DNA of 64,000 nucleotides, taken from contig NC_043010.1 of the NCBI RefSeq assembly GCF_006345805.1, positions 47,802,001 to 47,866,000 of the forward strand, read 5' to 3'. The notes beneath the pieces are model-generated. The model was not told where the DNA came from and searched no databases. It was given only the letters and a program-made list of their open reading frames with translations. Positions 1-9,771 of this stretch are shown here, piece by piece. This DNA is from Octopus sinensis. Taxonomy: Eukaryota. Both the position numbers and the translations under genes were made by a program. Position 1 is the first letter of the stretch. Each line of letters begins with the position of its first letter.

Positions 1-174
1 ATGCAATCATTCTGAAATCCAAAACACTTCTGGTGCCTAGCATTTCCAATAAAGGATTATCAACTCTTATGTTGCAATTTTTCTTAAGAATCTTGCTACT
101 AGATTCTTGGGTAGAAGATAGATGGATGTCGTTCCAACTTCTCAGTTTAATAGATAGTATATATGTATTCCAAC

Positions 175-455
175 CATTCTGAAGAATTTCTGGTGTAACA
201 TTGCTTGACAGGGTGCTTACCTTAGAGATCAAGGAGTCTCTCTCCAAGTCAAGCCACTACTTCGCCACATTGGGAGATCAAAGTTCCTATACTATAGATG
301 TGATTAGAATTCCACAGGAAAGAATCACATCTCCTGAAAGATTCAAGCTGAACCAACCAGCAAGAGGCATAGGGGCTGACCATGAATGAGATGATTGGAT
401 ATTATCCATAGTCTCAGATGGTTGTGCTTGGGAATCAAACTGCAAAATGTAATGA
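175..455 (+). mobile_element. RTE-clade (Rex3/Expander-like) LINE C-terminal fragment
   Basis: Frameshifted RISGVTLLDRV..EIKESL / VKPLLRHIGRS / VIRIPQERIT / LGI, resembling Rex3-type VEPLLLHIERSQLRW.GH..RM. Confidence 0.65.
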
Positions 456-610
456 TGGTTGCTTCTGATAGGACCCTGTGGGGATGACCTCCAGGATCAA
501 GTATTTCAGTAATTATGCCATGAGTGTTAAATTCTGTGAGTTATGGTCTGTGACTTTATGTTGTTTTGTTTGAAATGATTACATTTCGTTTGCATTAATA
601 CTTTTGTCAA

Positions 611-1475
611 GGTGGCAAGCTGGCAGAAACATTAGCACGCCGGGTGAAATGCTTAGCAGTATTTCGTCTGCCATTATGTTCTGATTTCAAATTCCACCGA
701 GGTCAACTTTGCTTTTCATCCTTTCGGGGTCAATAAATTAAGTACCAGTTACATACTGGGGTCGATGTAATCGACTTAATTCCTTTGTCTGTCCTTGTTT
801 GTCCCCTCTATGTTTAGCCCCTTGTGGGCAATAAAGAAATAAGAAATGTTAGTACGCCAGGCAAAATGCTTAGCAGTATTTCGTCTGCCATTATGTTCTG
901 AGTTCAAATTCCACCAGGGTCGACTTTGCCTTTCATCCTTTTGGGGTCAATAAATTAAGTGCCAATTGCATACTGGGGTCGATCTAATCGACTGGCCCCC
1001 TCCCCCAAAAGTTTGTGGCTTGTGCCTTGAGTAGAAAAGTTTATTAATACTTTTGTCAAGGCAGCTAGCTGGCAGAATCATTAGCACACCAGGTGAAATA
1101 CTTAATGGTATTTCATCTGCTGCTATATTCTGAGTTCAAATTCCGCCAAGGTTGACTTTGCCGTTCCTCCTTTTGGGGTCAATTAAATAAGTACTAGTTA
1201 TGCACTGGGGTTGATGTAATCAACTCATCCCCACCTCCCCAAGCTGTGAAATAATTATTAATGCTTTTGTGAAGTCAGCTGGTAGAATCGTTAGTACACC
1301 AGACAAAGTGCTTAGTGGTATTTCATGTTCTGAGTTCCAATTTCGCCAAGGTCAACATTGCTTTCATCCTTCCAAGGGTCAATAAAGTGAGTACCAGTTG
1401 AGCACTGGGGTCGATGTAATCAATTTACCCCCTCCCCCAGGCTTCCTGGCCTTGTGCCAAAATTTGAAACCATTC
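611..1475 (+). mobile_element. Head-to-tail array of four tRNA-derived SINEs (family B)
   Basis: Each unit has gctggcagaa..ttagcac (A box), gagttcaaattcc (B box) and the core gcctttcatcctttcggggtcaataaa..agtaccag; units start near 611, 843, 1060 and 1274. Confidence 0.88.
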
Positions 1476-2126
1476 TCAATGTTTTTGTGAAAAGTATGAA
1501 TGTCACAACTTCCTATGTACCCCCCCCCCACACTTTTTCTCTCACCATAAAAAATACTTTTAGGGGTACTAAACCTACATTAAAAAAATAAATTATATTA
1601 GTTAACCCTAAGCGTTACATGAAAATGAAATTTGTTGTGCTTTAACCAAAGATTTTCCTTGGTAAGAAAGAAAAGAGGAAAATTTTCAGAGCTTTCATTG
1701 TATTGAAATATTTTGTTTCTGTTTGAATTGTTATAAGACTAAGGTCTGAAAAATGCATGGTTAATTCTGCTGTAAAAAAATATCATTTATTAGATAAACT
1801 TAACTTAGGTTATAATTTTACTTGTAACAGGTAAAATTGTATCAAGTATAGTTTGCTGAAAAATATATCAAGAAATGTTATTAAATAAATGACAAGCTTA
1901 TGATATGTCAGTAAAAGTTTCTTGATGGAAAATATTAAGTGCTGAGTTTTCTAATTTGAATTCTATAAGAGAACAATTTACAGTTCACTGCTGGAATAAA
2001 TTTGAATTTTTCTTTTTCAACTATTACTGGTTGTGTTTTATTTATTCCTGTTAAACCTTATAAACACTACAAGCAAGATGATTTGGTGCTACTTTAGCAT
2101 GTGATCTACTGCAGTATCTGTTTACA

Positions 2127-2348
2127 CAGTTGTTAGTTGTCGGAGCACTGCATCCTTCAAAACTTCCTGAGATTCGCCAACACTACACCTGATTTTCTCC
2201 CCTCCATACACACACAGGCATGTATCTGACTCATACATTGTTCGCTTTCCAGACAGTTTTACATTACTGCATGTACTTTATATGCACTTTCTGACAAGTT
2301 GTGGTGCACCTGAGCACTGTATACAATAATTTCATTATTATCATTATT
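2127..2348 (+). mobile_element. CR1 LINE 3' tail fragment
   Basis: Near-identical to about 14696..14931; ends in an (ATT)n tail. Confidence 0.85.
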
Positions 2349-2614
2349 GAAATTACCTGATCTGGGTTGGGTTTAGGGTTTGACTGCACACTAAATAAAG
2401 TGTAAGGGGCCAGGTAGACCACATGCCAAAGTGGCACTGATAAATCATTGACTTGAATTTGTGGAGTGCTGGCATAATCCTGCTGTATTAATGCTGAAAT
2501 ACACTTTTTTTTATGGATGGATTCACCTGCCATGTTTCTCTATCCAACACCACTGTCTGGAGTTCCTGGATACACTGTCTTTATTTCAATTAAGTTTGAA
2601 AAATTTATCTCAAA

Positions 2615-2805
2615 ATTACATTGCCATTTAAGCATTGAAAGATCACAGCTCCAGTACTATGAATGTGATTAGAATGTAGCAGGAAAAAATCACAAGACAG
2701 ATTCTTCAAGCCAAGCCACCTGGCAGAAGACCTAGAGGTAGACCAAAAGGGAAATGGCTGGATAATATTCATAGACTTAGTTGGTCGTGCTTGGGAATCC
2801 AACTG
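2615..2805 (+). mobile_element. RTE-clade (Rex3/Expander-like) LINE C-terminal fragment
   Basis: VIRM*QEKITRQILQAKPPGRRPRGRPKGKWLDNIHRLSWSCLGIQ carries the RPRGRP..W.D motif. Confidence 0.75.
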
Positions 2806-2813
2806 AAAGTTTC

Positions 2814-2878
2814 ATACCTGATAAGGTTGTGGGGGTAAAGTCCTCATAGGACTTTACCGCCACAATCTTATCAGGTAT
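2814..2878. repeat. 65-bp hairpin (31-bp arms, 3-nt loop)
   Basis: atacctgataaggttgtgggggtaaagtcct-cat-aggactttaccgccacaatcttatcaggtat; 2 mismatches. Confidence 0.9.
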
Positions 2879-3874
2879 AGTGAGCAGAGAAGATTAGTGG
2901 ATGAATTTAATCCCGATACCTACCAACCTGTCTGAGAAGACTCCACATTCTATGATACAAACTTCTTGATTTAACCCGGAACCATGTGGTTCGTAAGCAA
3001 GCTACTTACCACACAGCCACTCCTACGCCTATCAGACAAATTACCTTGTAAATTATTTCAGCCTTTTGTGTTCCAACTCAGATTAACTTTGCCTTTTATC
3101 TTCCTGGGGGTCAATCAATAAATATAGTACCAGTCAGTAGTGGGGCCAATTCCATTCAATCTCAAAATCAGTTATGCTGCACTGTGAGAAGGGTTGTGTA
3201 TTCACAGTAATCTTTTGCTAGAAATGGACAAGGTTTGAGAGCAAGGGGAATCCTGGAAAACTAATGTGCTACTGACATAAAAAGCACCCACTATATTCTG
3301 GTTGGATTTAGGTGTAGAAATCTAGCCAAAACAGACTAGGGAACCTGGTGTGGTCCCTGGCCTTGTCAGTTCCTGTTAAGTTGTCCAACCCATGCCAGCA
3401 TGAAAAACGGATGTTAAATGTTGATAATGATGATGATGGATATTGGTAAGTAACAGCAGCATAGAACAGTGAAAAAATTTTTTCCTGGCAATAAATTCTA
3501 TTCATTTTCTCTGTAACCTCCTTAAACTGTTGGATAAATGAATGAGTATGCTCATCCTCACAGTTGAGGGTCAGGGTGGGGGGGTCTCAGACTCACATCA
3601 CTCCCCACCACAAAATACAGTCACTCTGCTGTAATTCTCAATCGTACACTCTGCCAGAACCTTTCCCAGTCCTTGATATCATTTTTGTCTTTATCGTGTG
3701 CAAGCCCATTTTACATCCACCTAGACCCAAGGATGTAGCTGTAGAGGTTTGGGGCCCCCGCGCAACATAACCAAAATATTGTAGTTTTCACCCTATGACT
3801 ATTATCACCAACTTTCAATGTATCTTATCTTCTCCACAATAAATTATTTATTCTTTGGGCTTCCAAACTGTAGG

Positions 3875-4242
3875 TGACACGTAAAAGCACCATCCGTTTT
3901 GTGGCCGTTTGCCAGCTCTGTCTGGCCCCCGTGTTGGTGGCAAGTAAAAGCACCATCCGTTCGTGTCCGTTGCCAGCCTCAGCTGGCCCCCGTGCCGGTG
4001 GCACATAAAAGCACCATCCGTTTGCCAGCTCTGTCTGGCACCTGTGCGGGTGGCACGTAAAAAGCACCCACTGCACTCACGGAGTGGTTGGCGTTAGGAA
4101 GGGCATCCAGCCGTAGAAACACTGCCAGATCTGACTGGGCCTGATGAAGCCTTCCAGCTTCACAGACCCCAGTTGAACCGTCCAATCCATGCTAGCATGG
4201 AAAACGGACGCTAAATGATGATGATGATGATGATGATGATGA
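3875..4242 (+). mobile_element. SINE family C (V-SINE-like core, RTE-type (GAT)n tail) with internal ~60-bp tandem repeats
   Basis: gttggcgttaggaagggcatccagc.gtagaaac core and catggaaaacggacg.taaa.gatgatg tail; repeated gtggcacgtaaaagcaccatccg units. Confidence 0.85.
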
Positions 4243-5169
4243 TATGGCATGAAGCATTTTTGAACAATATGAAGATATAAGTTTTCTTTATCTGCTGAAT
4301 CTGGAAGAAGGACCTGTCTCCATGACCTTTTGCAGGCTCTCTGAGACTGGCAGGATTGATGCCATTAAGGTTCCGTTTAAACTGTTGCAGGTCAATTCCT
4401 ACAGTGAAGAGATCCCTGAGAGCTAATGTTCTGGGGAAGAAGGGTGTGCTCATACACACTAACAGACAGTTTCCATCAACCAAATTTCAGTACTAAAGCT
4501 ACAGTTAAAAATACTTTGCCCATGTTGTAGGACCAAACCTGGACCTACACAGTGGAGTGAACTTCTCAAACACACACACACGTGTACATAAGTATTGTGA
4601 TTTAACATGCATGGCAAGGAGCCACACCATGTTCCACAGTGTTTTGGTTTCGTTTCTACAGCTGGATGCCCTTCCTAATGCCAACCACTTTATATGGTGT
4701 ACTGGGTGCTTCTTACATGGTACTAGCATGGCTGTGGGCTGAGAAGCTTGCTTCCTAACTATGTGGTCGAGAGTTCAATCCCACTGCACAGCAACTCTGG
4801 CAAGCATCTTCTACAACCTTGAAGGTGGATTTAGTAGACAAAAACTGAAAGAAGCCTGTCATATATATGCGCATTTGTGTGTATGCATTCATGTACTTTT
4901 TACATGGAACCAGCATCCACACTAAAGCCTTTTACATGACACCTTGGATTTAGGATCCCAATTCTGTTGTGGTAGGTAGGAAAATAACATCACTAGGTGA
5001 GACAAGCTGACACTGAATTAGCTTCGCTGATTGACAGGCGACGGTCTCATTTAGAGAATGCGCGGGCTAAGACTACACGCCTTCATTGGTCAGTTCCTCC
5101 TGATGAGGTCTTGAGCTAACTGGATCCAATAAAGGAGTTGTTGTGGTAGCAGACCATGAAATGCAGTTG

Positions 5170-5335
5170 AAATTCCTTGAGGAAGACTCCCTTTCCCCCA
5201 TTCATCCTCCACATTTAATAGTCTTTCATAGTAGCTCTTCCATGGCTCTTTCCTTTCAGGATCACTAAGAGCAAGCACACCAATATCCATCCATACACAC
5301 TTCTCTCCCACATATTGATTCTCTTTCACCATCTC
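5170..5335 (-). mobile_element. RTE LINE ORF fragment
   Basis: VGEKCVWMDIGVLALSD..KEPWKSYYERLLNVEDEW, an RTE-type region between the endonuclease and RT domains. Confidence 0.65.
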
Positions 5336-5529
5336 ATTTTTTTTATAGTATTAAGGATTACATTATTGAATATCCTTTAAGTAACTTCTTTCTATCTGCA
5401 ATCAAGTGGGATTTGTTTTATATATTTGTTGGTTGTTTTACACTGTCACCTCCTTTCTTGTCCACAACTGCTATTATAGTCTCTGCTTCTTGGAATACAT
5501 ATTTATATATACATCAGCCTCGCCTGACC

Positions 5530-5692
5530 TCCATGCCGGTGGCACGTAAAAAGCACCCACTACACTCACAGAGTGGTTGGCGTTAGGAAGGGCATCCAGC
5601 TGTAGAAATACTGCCAGATCAGACTGGGCCTGGTGCAGCCTTCTGGCTTCCCAGACCCCAGTTGAACCGTCCAACCCGATGATGATGATGTG
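5530..5692 (+). mobile_element. SINE family C, 3' half
   Basis: Core and (GAT)n tail. Further copies at about 41752-41945, 36850-36995, 17110-17400, 54795-54955, 60340-60490, 58560-58790, 43990-44200 and 14940-15110. Confidence 0.82.
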
Positions 5693-6454
5693 CAAGTTGA
5701 AAAAGGATTAACTGAATGTCTATATAGAAGTTTCATCACTGGCAAACATGCTTCTAGTTTCCTTATACCAAATCCATTCACAAGGCTTTGTCTGATCAGC
5801 CTGGGATTATAGTTGAAGACACTTACCCAAGGTACAGATCTTCAACACAACATCCTGCCACTTGTTGCAGTCTCTTGCCATCTTGACATCCTGAAATCAC
5901 CTTTCACCATTTCTGATGGTTCCCTTTGCATGGATGTTCTGGCACTTCCTTACCCACATACATTGCAAGTCTGAACTAATGCAATCATCTCCCTTACACA
6001 CTGTACCCGATTCCTCTAAAACCAGGATTTTCCTCTCAGTTCAGCTATGCCTTGTCATTCATACATCCAATAGATCATGCTTGCTTCATTTCTTTTCTGA
6101 CAAATGTCTTCGCCATTCAATATCCCATATCTACTACATTACAGTAACACTGTTTGACACAAGCACTATAGTCTTGTTAATAGCTCCCTGAACATTCTCC
6201 ACTTCTAATCTGCATTCAGAACACATTCCTCCACTGCTGGTAATATAGGGAAGATCTGCACCTGGAGAAATGACTTTCCTTCCATGTTTTGGTTTCTTTT
6301 TTTTTTACTCTTTTACTCATTTCAGCCATGTGGCTGTAGTCATGGTGGAACACACCATGAAGAATGCATTCCCATGCCAGGAATCAAACCTAGGCCGTCT
6401 GGGTAAAAATGAGGTACATGAAAATATTTTTTTCCACAGAAAAATACAATAAAA

Positions 6455-8054
6455 ATACTAGGATTTTTGCATTCATTTATTTTTTTTTAATTCTTTTCTC
6501 CTTCCAATTTTGTAATTTCTCAAACAAGTCTATAAAAAATTTTGCTTTGTTGCAGTTTTTTTTAAATTTTATTTTGTACTCTTGGTTCAAGATAGAAGTT
6601 TAAAAAAAAGGGAAGGGGGAATGATTATTTAAATTAGGAATATGTATAATAAAAATAAAAATCAATCTTAAAAAAAAACAAAAAAACAAATCTACACATG
6701 TGGGAGATTAGTAGAATGACATTTTAAACTAACTGTATGGATTTTAAAATATTTTTATTATTATTAAACTGGAACAAGGATCCAGTCAAAAGTTAGTCTA
6801 CTGAACCAAAATTTAGAATCTGGTTCTTAAAGACCTAACACAGATCAACAGTTAGAAACTTTAAACAATTATATTCCATTGTATGGCTTACACAAATAAA
6901 ACAAAATTTGGTCTTGACATGACTATAATCAGTACAAACACAGAAAAAGATTGGCATGTATGTACTATATGTGTGTGTGTGTGTGTAGTCTAAAAGACAA
7001 TTTGACTATCAAACGATCTATTTTAGTCAAACTCAAGGAGGATCACCATATTACACAGAAAACATTCGTACATAAATATATACCTTAATATATAGTAGTA
7101 GTAGTGTGTGTGTGTGTTCACACTGATACAATGAACATATATCAAGTGTGTGCATGAATGCACATTATATACTTTCACATTTTCAAGAGCTGGTATATGA
7201 CAAAACTTTATAAAATTGTAAAGACACCTATATAAACCACCCTTAAAATTTAACTACATCAGACATATTACGTCCAGTGACCATACTGGCAGCCACAGTT
7301 GTATAAACCAACAAAGTTGCATCAAAATTCATAAATAAAGAGTCTGGCCTAAGACTTGAAACCTTGTTGTACTTGAAAGAGAGAAAAATATATATGGGGG
7401 AATGGCAGTCAAAAAAATATTGAAAGTAAGTTCACATCCAGAAGATGGAAGGAAATGTTTATATATTTTTTGTGTTTGAGACTGGATATTCTAGTCTTGT
7501 AATGGAGACCATTCAATGCAATGTCAACAGCTGCTGAACCCTGCTTAATTGTCCAATGAAACAGCAGTACCAGTTGTTAAGAGTAACAGAGGTAGCAGCA
7601 GCAGAAGCAAGAGCTAAGGGGATGGTGGTCATAGTAATTGTAGTAGGAGTATTGTGGTAGTAATAGTAGTAACATTTTCTGAATGAAATGATGAGTAACA
7701 GTAAAGCATTCACTGAACATATTTGCAATGAGGTGTGAAAAGTAGAAAAGGAAAGAGGGACACACACGCACATGCATGCATGCACGCACACACACAGACA
7801 GACTGACAGACAGGTTCTGAGAAAGGGGCGAGGGGGAGAGAGAGAGAGAGAAAGAGACAGACAGACAGAACAAGATGGGAGGAAACACAGTTTGGCAGTT
7901 GTAGTTGTCATGGATCCTAAATGCATGGTATGGATGAGGGTTGAAAAAAAAAAAACAAAAAGCTCTACAGTGGAGGGAGTGGTAGGTAAGCAGTGTACAG
8001 ACGGAAAGTTCTGCAAGGTTGAATCGTTGATACCCCGCTTGATCTTGATGGCTT
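6455..8054 (-). other. Probable non-coding last exon (3' UTR) of the spp27-like gene
   Basis: Strong acceptor ttttaattttcaatgtttcttttttcatttcag|AAG at 8055/8054 pairs with donor CAT|gtgagt at 9696/9695. The 3' end is inferred from AATAAA signals at 6573..6568 and 6481..6476 followed by a U/GU-rich tract. Confidence 0.55.
6476..6481 (-). terminator. Candidate polyadenylation signal AATAAA
   Basis: AATAAA on the minus strand, followed about 20-40 nt later by gtatttttattgtattttt. Such hexamers are common in AT-rich DNA, so support is weak. Confidence 0.3.
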
Positions 8055-8238
8055 CTGAAATGAAAAAAGAAACATTGAAAATTAAAATTTAAAAAAGGAA
8101 ATCTGGGAGTTCATTAGCAGTATCACGTTACCAAATAGGAGCATAGAATTAAAAACTAGTTTTTATATAGTAATTCTATTTAAAGAAATAAACACAAACA
8201 AAGCAGTTGTCTACAAGGAATAGTTACTAAAATGTTAA

Positions 8239-8458
8239 CCCTTTCATTACTGTATTTATTTTGAAATGCTCTGTGTTTCTTTCAATTATTTAAAATATAA
8301 CAAAGAATTTAGTAAAATAACTTTGTTATCATTCAGCTAGTGTTAGGAACGTAAATTGTGACTAAGGCTTGGTGGAAGATTTTAATTCAAAACTTTTGAA
8401 AACAAGACATTTTACCACAGAACCAGAGCTGGTTTTGGCTGGGTTAGAAACAAAAGGG
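8239..8458. mobile_element. TTAA-flanked piggyBac-type MITE (~220 bp, family P1)
   Basis: TTAA-CCCTTTCATTAC ... AAACAAAAGGG-TTAA; reversed relative to 24888. Confidence 0.75.
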
Positions 8459-8689
8459 TTAAAATACATGAGGTTATACTAGTCATAGGCCAGTTATTTA
8501 GTATAGGAAGATGCAATCCTCAACAAGACTAGCATAGCAGGATCATTGTGAACTGCCACAAGGACAGAGGAAATATACTAGAAAGTAGCAAATACAAACA
8601 AGGTTTCACAATTCAGGATTACCTTGAACAGAATGTAATTTGAGTCACCCATCCCAAATTTTTGATGAGGTAACCAGAACTAAGAACAA

Positions 8690-9620
8690 ACTACTCTAAC
8701 TTTGACAAAGTCCTTTGAGCATCAGGAAACAAGATAAACATTGATTCAATGTTTGTGGCAACCATGCAAATATGTGTGAATGATAAAGTTAGCAAGATTG
8801 TGGTTGGTAACTAGTAAATAAGTATCACAATGTGTAAGAAGGTGTCATCCACCCACTTTTATTTATTATAATCTGTAAGAATTCAGGACAATTGTCCTTG
8901 GAAACTTTTTATGCTGATGATCTGGTTCTTGTAGCAAGATCTGTGGAAGGGTTGCAGAAAAAGTTTCAAGCATATCTTAAGTTGAAAGTTTGAATTCAAG
9001 GTCAACATGATGAAGACCACAGTGCTAGCGACAAAACAAAGAACAAAATCTCCAGTAACATCTGGAAAGTAGGAAAGACATAAGAGGGAATTCAGTAGTG
9101 TGCACTATGTGCAATTAATGCATACACAAAAAGGGTGGTGAGATCTCTTGTAGACTTACTGGAGAAAGAGTAATTTCTTCAAAGATGGTAAATCCACAAG
9201 TGCAGTTAGGTTCATGAATTTTGTTCCAAGATCTAGCAAATCTCAAACAGCTAACTCACTAGATTAATTTATGTTACCTACATGAACTAATTATTGCAGG
9301 AGTTTGATGTAATGAAAATGTCGTTGCTCAAGTGAAGAAAGAGGTAAAAAAAAGTTCAGCAAGCTACTGCATTTATGAGCTGTAAATGAAAGATTCTCCC
9401 TGTAAGAAGGAGGAAGTATGTATAAGAAGTGTGAAACAGTGAAACATAAATACTACATGGTAAAACCTTGGAGGTAAGAGAGAAACTAGATGATCACAAT
9501 CCATTGGATGCATAATGTTAACCTGCACAAGAGGCTGAGCTGTGTAAGCAGCTAAGCAAGTATGCAATTGGTAACAATGGAAGAGGAAGATAAAGGAAGC
9601 AGTGGCATCAGATGCTAAAA
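8690..9620 (+). mobile_element. Decayed RTE LINE reverse transcriptase fragment
   Basis: Frameshifted CPWKL.YADDLVLVARSVEGLQKKFQ (YADD catalytic motif) at about 8890..8975 with flanking RT-like remnants; lies inside the predicted 3'-UTR intron. Confidence 0.7.
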
Positions 9621-9700
9621 TGTCAATAATGAGGATTTTATGTTACAGTGAAGTAGTAACCATGACTGTAATATGTATAGTTTAGTAATACTCACATGAT

Positions 9701-9771
9701 TTAGTCCACAGCATCTTTGATGTGATTTTTAAGATGTTTCATCATTCCAAATGTCCTGACCCGTTTTCTCC
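9701..9771 (-). CDS. spp27: Last coding exon ((G)RKRVRTFGMMKHLKNHIKDAVD*)
   Basis: Acceptor tttacaatttatag|GG, stop TAA at 9703..9701. Equals the end of track ORF 9701..9937 and completes SWIB (FxMxKxLxxH). Confidence 0.94.

Noticed and set aside
3825-4483. Recurrent ORFs such as MDGSTGV.EA.RLHQAQSDLAVFL (also 5474, 20162, 36872, 41685)
   Set aside because: They are translations of SINE family C sequence, not a gene family.
7513-8092. Long ORFs 7513..8016, 7577..7888 and 7772..8092
   Set aside because: They are open on both strands because of (CA)/(GA)/(TAG) simple repeats, have no domain motif and lie in the predicted 3' UTR.
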